From positions 1 through 58,176 of the forward strand of contig JBDHAC010000021.1 of the NCBI GenBank assembly GCA_039588275.1: a stretch of 58,176 bases of DNA, read 5' to 3'. Of this stretch, positions 49,321 through 57,979 are shown piece by piece. Numbering within the stretch: the stretch's first letter is position 1; the number at the start of each line of letters is the position of its first letter. Position numbers and translations under genes: made by a program. The notes under the pieces were generated by a model. The model worked only from the letters and a program-made list of their open reading frames with translations, did not search any database and was not told the DNA's origin. The DNA is from Gemmatimonadota bacterium. GTDB taxonomy: Bacteria > Gemmatimonadota > Gemmatimonadetes > Palauibacterales > Palauibacteraceae.

Positions 49321-51795
49321 TCAGGAACGCCCGCCGCCTGCGAGGCCTCGCCGCCGCGCCTCGAGGAAGACCACACCGATGCCCCTCGGATACTCTCCAA
49401 CGTCCTCTTCCGCGCCCTGGGAAACGGGCGTGAACGTCACAGGGCCTCGCACGGTGGCTGCGAGCTCGGGCGGCAGTCGATCCGGCTGCTCGCCCAACAA
49501 TAGAACGAACGAGAAGTTACCTCCCACTCCCTCGTGCACTCTCGGCCTGAAGTAGGCTGCGTCGGCCCAATCTCGGGTCCACTCACTGAAGGTGTCCACG
49601 CCGTCTCCGTCCAGGAAAACAGCCAGTGACTGAACCAGGGCGGCGCCCGGCTTGAAGCCCATCCGCATGTAATCGGTATAGGTGTCATCCCCAGTGACAT
49701 CGATCAAGAACCCCACCCCGAGGTCCCACCCGCTTCCCGAGGTAGCGCCCCCGCTGTAGAGATCGTCCCCCGCGCGATCCAACACGAGGCCGGTGCCGTG
49801 GTGAATCCCCTCCCCGAGGCCGCTGTGATCCTCCTCCTCCCTTTTCATCGCGATGTAGACGTCATCGCCTGCGCCATCGATCAACGCCCCAATCCCGGCC
49901 GAAAAACCGTTTCCTAGCCCGAACGTGCTCCCGACGTAAAGGTCGTCGCCTCCACCGTCGCTAACGAACCCGAAACCACCGACATACGCGACCCGGTTAG
50001 TGTGCGACGTCCACGCTTCGCTTCGCCAGCCGGATCCGACGCCGATCCCAAAACCTTCGAACCCCCGATCCGGACCGTCCGCCTGCTGGTAGTGGGACCG
50101 GTACACGCCCCAGGACTGGTAGACGTCTTTCCCATCCCCCTGATCTCGAAGGAGTCCAACGCCCTTGTTGAAGCCGATGCCGATGGACTGTATGGCTGCT
50201 ATGTACCAGTCGTTTCCCGCCTCGTCGCTCAAGAGTCCGACCCCCGGTCCATACGCCGCTCCGAGGGCCCACTTGTCGACCAGGTAGGTGTCGTCGCCCG
50301 CTCGATCGATATGCATCCCGATGCCGAAGTACGCCGCTCCGTATGAGAATCCGCCGTCCAGGGAGGCAGGATTCTCGCCACCGTAGACCCGGGTCGGATG
50401 GACCCACCGCGCCTCTGACTCGGCGTCACGAGTCAAGAGCGTCTCGCGCTCCCGGCCGCGTTCTGGGTCCATCCCCTGCGAGTAGATGTCGTCGCCTTCT
50501 TGATCGAGAAGTATACCCAGCCCGAAGACGCCCGCGCCCGGACCGAAGGGTGTGCGGTGGCCGTATACGTCGTCTCCATGAAGGTCGATCAGGATTCGGA
50601 GGGGGTACCGACCCAAGCGGGTCAGGTCGTGCTCCACCTCATAGGTATCGTTGCCGCCCACGTCGACCAGGATCGACGCCTGGACGTCCATGTAGCGATT
50701 GGCACCGGGGCCACCGATGAGCAGGTCTCCGTACGGGGTCTCTCGATAGAGAAGGACGTCACCATCAACGCCGGGTACTCGCACCGTTCCACTCGTGTTG
50801 GCCGCTTGGGCGAATCCCCGCTCCAGGCGATCGAGGAAGGGTGTTTCGAGAACCGGGGCTATGGTGAGAAAGGCGCGGGCGACCGCGGCCAGGTCGATTT
50901 GCCGACCCGTGAAAGGGGCGTGCTGCCCCTCCCACTCCTGCTCGGCGTCTGGCCCGCTCAGGCCCTCCGTGGTGAAGTCGTCCCCCGCCAGAGAGCGGAA
51001 GAGATGGTAGGCAGAGGTGACGCTCGGCAGGGTCGCCGGAACCCTCAGTCCTTGGGGGGTCTTCTCCGAACCCGGTTCAAAATAGCGAGCGTACTTTACG
51101 ACGCCGTCCTCGAGATACGCGTCGGTTAGACCCCAGTTGTAGGCCGGTGCATCGAGGGGGTTGGACGTGTAGGTGCCTCCGGTCGTCGTGGTGAAGCGCA
51201 GCAGGAAGCCCAGCAGAGCCCGTTCCTCGCTCCCGAGCGCCCCCAGCGCTTCTTCGTCGAGGATTCGGTGCGCCGCGCGAGCGGCGGCATCAAGCATATC
51301 CACGGCCGGGCGTTGGGCAGCTTGCATCGGCATCTCTGGACGGGGGATATCAGCCGCTTCGAGCGCAGTGACCATGAGCTCCAGGGGAGTCTCCGCGCCC
51401 TCCACCCGACGGGCCAAGCGCTCCAAGATTGAGGGAACACTCAGAGGATCTTCCGCCATCCGCTGTTTGAGCTTAAGACGACGAAACCGATAGCGCTCGT
51501 CTACGGATGCCTCGTATCCGGCTCGATAATCACGCCAAGCCGCATAGTCGGCGGCCACGCCGAACTGCGCGTGGAGGTAGCCGTCACCGATTGCGAGCGA
51601 GGGCTCATACCGCTGGAGCGTGAGGGGATCGCGCAGCGTCTCTCGTATCATGCCCAGGCCCCGCCGCAGGACATCCTCCGTCGATTCGAAGCGGTCCGGG
51701 CGCTCCTGGTCGGTGTGAGGCTTCGCCGGGTCGGTAAGGGCGACGGGGAGAGCGATCAGCCCGATAACCGGGGCAAGTGCAAGGAGCCGCTTCAC
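49321..51795 (-). CDS. Secreted protein with about 11 Gly/Asp-rich hhxDxxG(N/D)DxY repeats
   Basis: Signal-like N-terminus (KRLLALAPVIGLIALP). Repeats include ILVDVGGNDTY, ILIDLHGDDVY, LLDQEGDDIY, HIDRAGDDTY, LIDGAGDDVY, VLDRAGDDLY, LIDVTGDDTY. Confidence 0.8.
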   Translation of the reverse strand: MKRLLALAPVIGLIALPVALTDPAKPHTDQERPDRFESTEDVLRRGLGMIRETLRDPLTLQRYEPSLAIGDGYLHAQFGVAADYAAWRDYRAGYEASVDERYRFRRLKLKQRMAEDPLSVPSILERLARRVEGAETPLELMVTALEAADIPRPEMPMQAAQRPAVDMLDAAARAAHRILDEEALGALGSEERALLGFLLRFTTTTGGTYTSNPLDAPAYNWGLTDAYLEDGVVKYARYFEPGSEKTPQGLRVPATLPSVTSAYHLFRSLAGDDFTTEGLSGPDAEQEWEGQHAPFTGRQIDLAAVARAFLTIAPVLETPFLDRLERGFAQAANTSGTVRVPGVDGDVLLYRETPYGDLLIGGPGANRYMDVQASILVDVGGNDTYEVEHDLTRLGRYPLRILIDLHGDDVYGHRTPFGPGAGVFGLGILLDQEGDDIYSQGMDPERGRERETLLTRDAESEARWVHPTRVYGGENPASLDGGFSYGAAYFGIGMHIDRAGDDTYLVDKWALGAAYGPGVGLLSDEAGNDWYIAAIQSIGIGFNKGVGLLRDQGDGKDVYQSWGVYRSHYQQADGPDRGFEGFGIGVGSGWRSEAWTSHTNRVAYVGGFGFVSDGGGDDLYVGSTFGLGNGFSAGIGALIDGAGDDVYIAMKREEEDHSGLGEGIHHGTGLVLDRAGDDLYSGGATSGSGWDLGVGFLIDVTGDDTYTDYMRMGFKPGAALVQSLAVFLDGDGVDTFSEWTRDWADAAYFRPRVHEGVGGNFSFVLLLGEQPDRLPPELAATVRGPVTFTPVSQGAEEDVGEYPRGIGVVFLEARRRGLAGGGRS

Positions 51796-52019
51796 GAAAT
51801 CAACCCTCTGCCGACGAAGGGTACCGTGCGCCTGCCGCACCCGTCACGCCTTGAGAGGACGCGGCGTGAGGCATGACGAACGCTCATGGTCGTGACGTGT
51901 TGTCGGCGATGTCACGTCATGGCTCATTGGGAAGGTAGTAGGGGGTGCGCACGATGCCAGACACCCGTTTTGTCAGGGGGAGAGTTAGCCGGTTCAGTAT
52001 CCTCGAACACTCACCCCCT

Positions 52020-52048
52020 GTGCCACCTCTCGGCGATTGGGGTAGCTT
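52020..52048 (+). promoter_or_regulatory. Sigma70-type promoter of tRNA-Leu
   Basis: GTGCCA-17 bp-TAGCTT, ending 16 bp upstream of the tRNA. Confidence 0.55.
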
Positions 52049-52064
52049 TGTGCGGACGCTACGC

Positions 52065-52150
52065 GCCGGGGTGGCGGAACCGGTAGACGCATCGGACTTA
52101 AAATCCGTGGAGACGCGAGTCTCGTGTGGGTTCGAATCCCACCCCCGGCA
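52065..52150 (+). tRNA. tRNA-Leu (anticodon TAA)
   Basis: Acceptor GCCGGGG/CCCCGGC plus A; D-loop GGTAGAC; anticodon loop CTTAAAA; long variable arm GAGAC-GCGA-GTCTC; T-arm GTGGG-TTCGAAT-CCCAC; no encoded CCA. Confidence 0.96.
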
Positions 52151-52212
52151 TGTTGTTCCACAAGCACTTGCGCCGTTCGACCCCCTTTCGGTGTCGGCCC
52201 GAAAACAGGGTC

Positions 52213-52242
52213 CGGTCACAAACCCGGTCACGGCTCGGTCAC
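52213..52242 (+). repeat. Three direct repeats of CGGTCAC (11-12 bp period), candidate integrase arm-type sites
   Basis: CGGTCAC-AAACC-CGGTCAC-GGCT-CGGTCAC between the tRNA and the integrase stop codon. Confidence 0.6.
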
Positions 52243-52261
52243 GGAAAAGTCCCATGTGCAT

Positions 52262-53439
52262 TCAGGCTGTTTGGCCTCGGAGGTCCAGCACGTTGACTTC
52301 CCCGTATTGGACGACAGGGCTCCGATGCCGGGTCTGGAGCAAGTGACCGTACGTGCTCTCGATCAACTTCAGATCCCGGTGACCGAGCTCCCGCATCACC
52401 GTGTAGGGGCTCACTGGCTGGCCGTGGTCCAACGTCTGGATCCGGGCCGCAGCGTACGTGTGCCGGAAGGTATGGTGCGTGATGTGCTTGTCGATCTCGG
52501 CCTGTGCTGCCAAGGCCCTCATGGAACCCCGCACGTCCCTCAGCATCCCACCACCAGATGCAGGGAAGAGAAGCCCGTCCTCGCGTTCGAAGAGCATCCC
52601 ATGTAGCGTGCTAGGATCTCACGGAGCTGGGGCCACAGTGGCACCCAGCGGGGATGGTGTTCGCGCTTGAGCCGACGCCACGCGTTGTGGCGGAAGTGCA
52701 CGACATCGTTGTCGAAATCGATGTCGCGAAGTTCGAATCCAAAGACCTCGCCCCGTCGCCCACCGGTGAGGAGAAAGGCTGCGAACAGGGCCTCGAGATA
52801 CGGAAGCGCCCGGGGGCTCGGATCCGCATCGGCATCACGCGCCTTCTCAAGGTACCTGGCAGCTTCACCGATCTCGAGCCAGGTCGCCTCGGCATGAGCG
52901 ACGCTCGGTTTGTCTGGGAGCATAGCGACCGGATTTGCCACCGCCTTCTTCTCCGCCACCGCGCGTTTGTAGAGGCTCGACAGGGCATGGAGTTCGTGAA
53001 GGATCGTCTGGGGAGCAGTCTTCGTGCCTTCGCGCTTACCCGGCTGCCGACTCCGCCGGAGGACGTAGTCAGTCAGCCGCTCCACGGTCACCTGGGAGAG
53101 ACGGACGTCCTCACCGAAATACTCCAGGACATGACGAAGCGAGAGCTCATCACGGGCGACGGTTGAGGCTCGCCGATACTGAGCTTTGATCTCAAGGTGG
53201 CGTTTCGCGTATTCACGCAAGAATGGGTCAGACGCTGAGCGACCGGAACGCAGTTCCTTCAACTCTTTCAGCCGTGCGGCCAGGAGCGTCGCTGCTGTGT
53301 CGCGGTTATTCGTCGCGAACCGATCCCCTGGCGGGATCATGGCCTCCTGGCGCCCGCCGACATCCCGAAAATCGCGGAAGTCGCCGTACCAGCCGCGCCC
53401 TTCGCGCAGGTAGAGTCGATCGCCACGCTTCTTAGCCAT
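52262..53439 (-). pseudogene. Tyrosine recombinase/integrase split by a frameshift near 52600
   Basis: Frame 1 (53439 to about 52600) has LLTGGRRGE (catalytic R) and LK. Frame 2 (52597-52262) has HTFRH, LGH and Y. Confidence 0.88.
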
Positions 53440-53788
53440 GTTCCGGCTCCCAGAGTCTCGGTGTCTTCGGGTGCCCGTTCACCGGAGTCCCCCGTATTGT
53501 ATAGACCTCGACGACGGGGATCCGCCATTCCCCCTTCTGCCCGCTCGTCTTCCACGCTCCGGCGAAGCGGCCCGCCTCGCAATACCGGCGTACCGTCTTC
53601 GCCGAAAGCCCGAGGATCGCGCCGGCCTCCGCAGTCGTGACCGCGCGGTCAACGGTTTCAGTCCCGTCCAGCGTACGGAGGTCCTCGAGGAAGATGCCAA
53701 ACGCCTTCGCCAGCGGAGCCAACGTACGTAGCTCGGTCGCTTCGGCGCGTAACCGCTCATACTTCTCGACCAACTCGGCGACTTTCAT
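53432..53788 (-). CDS. HTH (MerR-like / HTH_17) excisionase-like protein
   Basis: TTAEAGAILGLSAKTVRRYC..G.F..A.K....WRIP; overlaps the integrase start. Confidence 0.8.
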   Translation of the reverse strand: MKVAELVEKYERLRAEATELRTLAPLAKAFGIFLEDLRTLDGTETVDRAVTTAEAGAILGLSAKTVRRYCEAGRFAGAWKTSGQKGEWRIPVVEVYTIRGTPVNGHPKTPRLWEPEHG

Positions 53789-53794
53789 TCCTTG

Positions 53795-54166
53795 TCAGGG
53801 AGCGCGAGCGCATCGCCGCGCCATTCTTCGGTCAGGTTCCAGCGTCAACGCGACCCTCGAACGTCGAGGGTACCGCGGCGGTCCCCGGGACCGCCGCGAC
53901 GCTTCGAGCTGGGCGGTTGGAACTTCGACGTTGGGATCACCGCCGCCCGGGCCCGGCCACAGCTCCCCATTACTCAACCTCACGACCTCGAGTATCGCTC
54001 GCCCCTCCCGTTGCCGCCGAAGGCGCTCGGCGAACCTGAGGAAGTCAACCCAAGCGAGAGCGCGACGCCGCTTTTCCTCCCAGTAATCGCCGGCGCTTGG
54101 CTCTCGCGCAGAAGGTCCAAGTGATGCTGAACGGGCGGTGTGTCGAGAACACAGCTTGGCGCTCAC
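53795..54166 (-). CDS. Hypothetical protein of the integrase-bearing element, possibly degraded
   Basis: Co-oriented ORF directly upstream of the xis-like gene; no motif recognised. Confidence 0.35.
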   Translation of the reverse strand: MSAKLCSRHTARSASLGPSAREPSAGDYWEEKRRRALAWVDFLRFAERLRRQREGRAILEVVRLSNGELWPGPGGGDPNVEVPTAQLEASRRSRGPPRYPRRSRVALTLEPDRRMARRCARAP

Positions 54167-54303
54167 GGAGAGGCCTGCTCTCCGCTCAACTCTTCCTCGA
54201 CAGCGGCATCCACCAGTCGCCGGATTAGCTCAGACTCAGGGAGCCCGCGGGGGTGCTCCCAAGCCGTGATCGCCCCCGCACCGCCGTACCGCAGGAGGCC
54301 CCC

Positions 54304-54776
54304 ATGTCCCGCAAGTACCTCACCATGTTCCTTGGCTTCATGCTCCTTTCCGCAGCTCACGAGACGTTATCGGCACAACAGCAGGAATACGCGTCGCCGG
54401 AGCTGAAGGCCGCCATCGCGGAAGCGAACGAGACCTGGCAGGCGGGTTGGAACGCCGCCGATGCTGCCGCCATCGCGTCCGTGTACGCGGACGATGCGAT
54501 CGTCATGCCCCCCGGAGCCGAGCCGATCGAGGGCCGCGAGGCGTTCCAGGCGACCCTCGTGGGCTGGCTCGAAGCCGCGCGGAGGGGAGCCAAATGGCCT
54601 TCGGGCCGCCGGAGATCTTGGTCTACGGCGACGTGGCGGTCGAGGTGGGCTCGTTCGTCGAGACGGCCGCCGGCGGGTCGCACAAGGACCACGGGAAGTA
54701 CATGACGGTGTTGAAGAATATCGACGGGCACTGGAAGATCGTCCGCGATATTTGGAACAGCAGCATGACGCCGTAG
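54304..54776 (+). pseudogene. DUF4440/SnoaL-like (NTF2-fold) secreted protein, frameshifted near 54580
   Basis: Signal peptide plus WNAADAAAIASVYADDAIVMPPGAEPIEGREA in one frame. GDVAVEVG...GKYMTVLK...WKIVRDIWNS continues in another frame. Confidence 0.8.
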
Positions 54777-55082
54777 CCCGAGCCGGTAGGGGCGGACTCA
54801 GCGCCCCCCCCCCCGGTTCAGCGGAGGGTCGCGAGTGAGAGCTGCGGCCGCTGACGCGGTCCTCATTCGTCGCGAGCTCCCCGAATCTCACCGCCCCGAT
54901 TAAGGTTTTGAGAAGCGCGGACCGCGATAGGGTCCATATGAAGTCCGATCGGTCCTAACTCGCGGTCGTGTTCTGACACCGGCCGACCCGCTGCCTAGCT
55001 GGTGAGAACTCGCCCAGCCGGGTTACGTCCAGAGCCCCCCCTTTTCGCGGAAACGGGGGGGCGGCTCTGCGTGCTGTCGATG

Positions 55083-55116
55083 AAAAAGGGGCCGCCCGAT
55101 CGATTCGGGCGGCCCC
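55083..55116 (-). terminator. Rho-independent terminator of the cold-shock gene
   Basis: 12-bp stem GGGGCCGCCCGA/TCGGGCGGCCCC followed by T5 on the minus strand. Confidence 0.85.
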
Positions 55117-55145
55117 TCCTCCTTCGTGATTCGGTTAGCCAGAGG

Positions 55146-55355
55146 TTAGCTGACCGGAATCACGTTCTCCGCCGCGGGGCCCTTAGTGCCTTCGACGACG
55201 TCGAATTCCACCTGAGAGCCCTCCGCGAGCGTCTTGAACCCCTCGAGCTGAATGGCCGAGTGGTGCACGAAGCAGTCATTGCTCCCGTCTTCCGGCGTGA
55301 TGAAGCCGAAGCCCTTTTGGTCGTTGAACCACTTCACGGTGCCTTTGCTACGCAT
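55146..55355 (-). CDS. cspA: Cold-shock protein
   Basis: GTVKWFN..KGFGFI, FVHHSAI, GFKTL.EG..V.F, KGPAA.NV. Confidence 0.95.
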   Translation of the reverse strand: MRSKGTVKWFNDQKGFGFITPEDGSNDCFVHHSAIQLEGFKTLAEGSQVEFDVVEGTKGPAAENVIPVS

Positions 55356-55867
55356 AATCCAGTTTCCTTCTGCTCATTTGTCATGGTCGGAGCATGGATT
55401 ACCCGTACCCTCGACACACTGACACTCGCGCGGAATCCCCCGCGCCGGGGTAGTGAGCCGACGGACAAAAAAATGGGAAGCCCGTGTTGATAAAGGCTTC
55501 CCGCCCATCACGATCGCTCACTGTTCGGCACTTTGCCGAGCCCGAATATCATCGAACCCACGCAGGACGTCAAGCCCCGCGAGCCGCACAGGCCCCAACG
55601 GTCCGATGACGACCGACACGACCACCCGAACGGGAGCTTCCCCGCGTCCTTCAGCGAGTGCTTGCCGTGCGCCAGTCAGCGCCCACGAGCGCCGGAGCCC
55701 CATGAGACGGCATTCCTTCAGCGCTGACTCGCGCGTGACTCGGGCCTGATACGCGTGAGGTCGGTGGCGCCCTCGACGTCCGGGCGCGAACCATGTCCTG
55801 GACTGACGACCGGGTGCGCATCACCGGGCTGGGGCCAGGACGAGGCTACGAAGAGTCCGGAAACGAA

Positions 55868-55930
55868 CTGTCACGCTAGCTGTCACAGAGTGTGCAGGAG
55901 TGTACCGAGGTGTATCGAAGTGTACGGACG
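55868..55930 (+). repeat. Phased direct repeats: CTGTCAC x2 (12-bp period) and GTGTRY x4 (10-bp period)
   Basis: CTGTCAC at 55868 and 55880; GTGTGC, GTGTAC, GTGTAT, GTGTAC at 55890, 55900, 55910, 55920. Confidence 0.7.
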
Positions 55931-56053
55931 CTGCGCCGGTGAACTTCCTGAGTCTGGTCGGGATACTATTGGCAGGGCCGTTCGCCCGGTCGTTGCCCTA
56001 GGCGAATCGTGCGGAGCGATCCCGGCGAGCGGAGTGAAACGAAGGAGCGTCCA

Positions 56054-56296
56054 ATGTTTGGCTTGAGCCCGTGGGAACTTATGATCGTGTTTCTCGCGAT
56101 CCTTCTGCTATTCGGCGCCAAACGCCTGCCGGAGATCGGCAGCTCGCTCGGCAAGGGAATCCGGGAGTTCAAGGACTCCATTTCGGACGTCGAGGGGGAG
56201 ATCGGGGGCGAGATCACCGGGTCGAACGACACCTCCGCACCACAGGCGGCGCCTAGCGAGCCCGCAAAGACGCAGGAATCCGCCGACACCCAGTAG
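56054..56296 (+). CDS. tatA: Twin-arginine translocase TatA/E
   Basis: MFGLSPWEL...LLLFGAKRLPEIG.SLGKGIREFK; AAGGAG RBS. Confidence 0.95.
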   Translation: MFGLSPWELMIVFLAILLLFGAKRLPEIGSSLGKGIREFKDSISDVEGEIGGEITGSNDTSAPQAAPSEPAKTQESADTQ

Positions 56297-56622
56297 TTTT
56301 GCAAACCTCGAGGACTGCGGTTCGCGAACATCTCGTGCTCCTGACCGCCCCGCGAGCCCCGTCAGTCCGCCGAGGCCACGAGTTCCGGTGTCACGGCCCA
56401 CCTCATCAGCGACCACTCCCCGTCCTCCCGGTTCAGGCAGAGGATCCCCGACATCCTGAAGCGGACGACTCCGGCCTCAGGGTCCCCGGCCAGCAGGAGG
56501 GAGGCCAGGCGACTCATGAAGACCGGGCGGGATGTTGTCGTTCGGCTTGAGTCCCGGGACGCCCATTAGGAGGTGCTGCGGCGTGCTTCTGTGTGGCGTG
56601 GAGTTGGTGCATGTACCCGCCA

Positions 56623-56853
56623 TCAGGAGAGTTCGCCCCAGGGCTCCAGGGGAGCATCGGAGGGCCCGACGTTAGCCGCGTTGAGCACGCTGGGCGGTGC
56701 CGGTGGGGCATTGAATACGGAGCGTATCGGCGGGCCACCCGTGACCCAGGCGGAGCCGTCCCAGGTCTCGACCCAGGATAGAGGGCCGTCCGAGACCACG
56801 CGGGAGATCCCGCCGGCCACCATCGAGGGTGGTGTGCGGACCACTTTACCCAT
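56623..56853 (-). CDS. Small hypothetical protein
   Basis: GAGGAG RBS, ATG 56853, 76 aa containing WVETWDGSAWVTGG. Confidence 0.45.
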   Translation of the reverse strand: MGKVVRTPPSMVAGGISRVVSDGPLSWVETWDGSAWVTGGPPIRSVFNAPPAPPSVLNAANVGPSDAPLEPWGELS

Positions 56854-57098
56854 AATCGACCCCTCCTCCGGGCTCGTCAGGTTCCAGCCCACGAGCGACC
56901 CCGCCTCGGCAATGACTTCGTTTGGGTGGTGCGATAGGGTTCCTCCGGGCGGGCTCGCCAGTGGCCGGGCGGTTAAGAGATAAGCCAGCTGTTACTTTCA
57001 CGTCACCTTCGCCTCCCTGATCACCACAATCGCGTCAACCGGCGGTTCAGGCCAGCACTCTCGACAATTTCGACAGCCACGAGGTGAGAAAGGCCAAC

Positions 57099-57560
57099 TC
57101 ACGACTGCGCGAGGTCCTCGAACGTGATGACGAGTCCTCCCCCGGCCCAGCGGGCGAGCGTCTCCTCTTCGGGCTCGAGGCCCAGCCCCCAGGTGGCGTC
57201 CCGGACCGCAACGGTCCGGTAGCCCCTCGCCTGTATCCCGTCGATCGCCTGCGTCATGCACACGTCCCGCGCTACCCCGACCACGACGATCTCCGGCTCG
57301 CCGCCGAGCTCCGTCGCGAGCACCTCGAGCAGCGCCTCTGCGCCCGGGTTCCCCTCGAAGACATCGAATCGGTTCTTCTGGATAAAGATCGGTCGACGTT
57401 CCCGGAGCGCAGTGCGGGCAACGCGTTCTGCCGCTTCGGGCCCCGCTCCCCGCTCGAGCACGACGGGGTCGTCGGGCCGGATCGACTCGATCACCAATGC
57501 TCCCTCGCGCTCTTCCGGGTCCTCGGATAGCCCCAGGCAATGCGGCGGGTAGGTTCCAGG
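57099..57560 (-). pseudogene. 5'-truncated nicotinamidase/isochorismatase (cysteine hydrolase)
   Basis: YPPHC, K..FDVF, GVA.DVC and D.T.G are present. The N-terminal VDxQxDF and metal-binding D/H motifs are absent. Confidence 0.7.
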
Positions 57561-57697
57561 CCCCACAGCTGGAGGATCAAACACATGAAGTCTGAGAACC
57601 TGTCGAGGGAATGTTCGCGCGCCCGCACACGCGGTCTTATTCAATACCATGCAGGGTGAAGACCTGGTTGCATACGACGAGCACGGGAGTTTGCAGA

Positions 57698-57979
57698 ATG
57701 CTGATTGCCCTTGATTGGGACGAGACGTACACGTGTGACCCGGCTTTCTGGCAACGATTCATCTCGCTTGCTCTGAACCATGAGCATGACGTGGTGATCG
57801 TGTCTGCCCGTTTCCGTGATGACATTGAAGAGATACGAGACGAGGTGGATCATCTACCAGTCGGGGTTAGAGCGACCGGGCTGCTGCCAAAACGCGCATA
57901 CATGGAGTCAAAGGGTGAGCACGTGGATGTGTGGGTCGATGACTGGCCCGAGTGGATATGCGGGTGCGCTAGTGGCTAA
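57698..57979 (+). CDS. Small HAD-superfamily protein (mobile/phage-type)
   Basis: IALDWDET (DxDxT), VSAR, K, WVDD motifs; 93 aa; lower GC than the flanks by eye. Confidence 0.7.
   Translation: MLIALDWDETYTCDPAFWQRFISLALNHEHDVVIVSARFRDDIEEIRDEVDHLPVGVRATGLLPKRAYMESKGEHVDVWVDDWPEWICGCASG

Larger units (their letters stand above)
49146..52103. mobile_element. Putative integrase-less element (2958 bp) inserted at the tRNA-Leu anticodon loop
   Basis: Bounded by direct repeats of the tRNA 5' half. Carries the 119-bp element, one cargo gene and a replacement promoter plus 5' half. Confidence 0.65.

Noticed and set aside
51885..51921. Imperfect inverted repeat (CGTGAC..GTCACG) upstream of the repeat-protein gene
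   Set aside because: Could be an operator, but it is too short and imperfect to support.
52262..53439. Classical integron integrase (IntI) with attC cassettes
   Set aside because: I did not recognise the IntI-specific insertion or RYYYAAC/GTTRRRY-bounded attC sites. The adjacent xis-like gene points to a phage/island-type integrase.
55518..55703. 61-aa minus-strand ORF upstream of cspA
   Set aside because: No motif or clear RBS; may be a remnant but is unsupported.
55868..55930. CRISPR array, here or anywhere in the window
   Set aside because: Repeats are too short, there is no repeat-spacer pattern, and no cas genes were seen.
56362..56517. Short minus-strand ORF (MSRLASLLLAG...WAVTPELVASAD) after tatA
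   Set aside because: About 51 aa with no RBS or family recognised; possibly a gene remnant.
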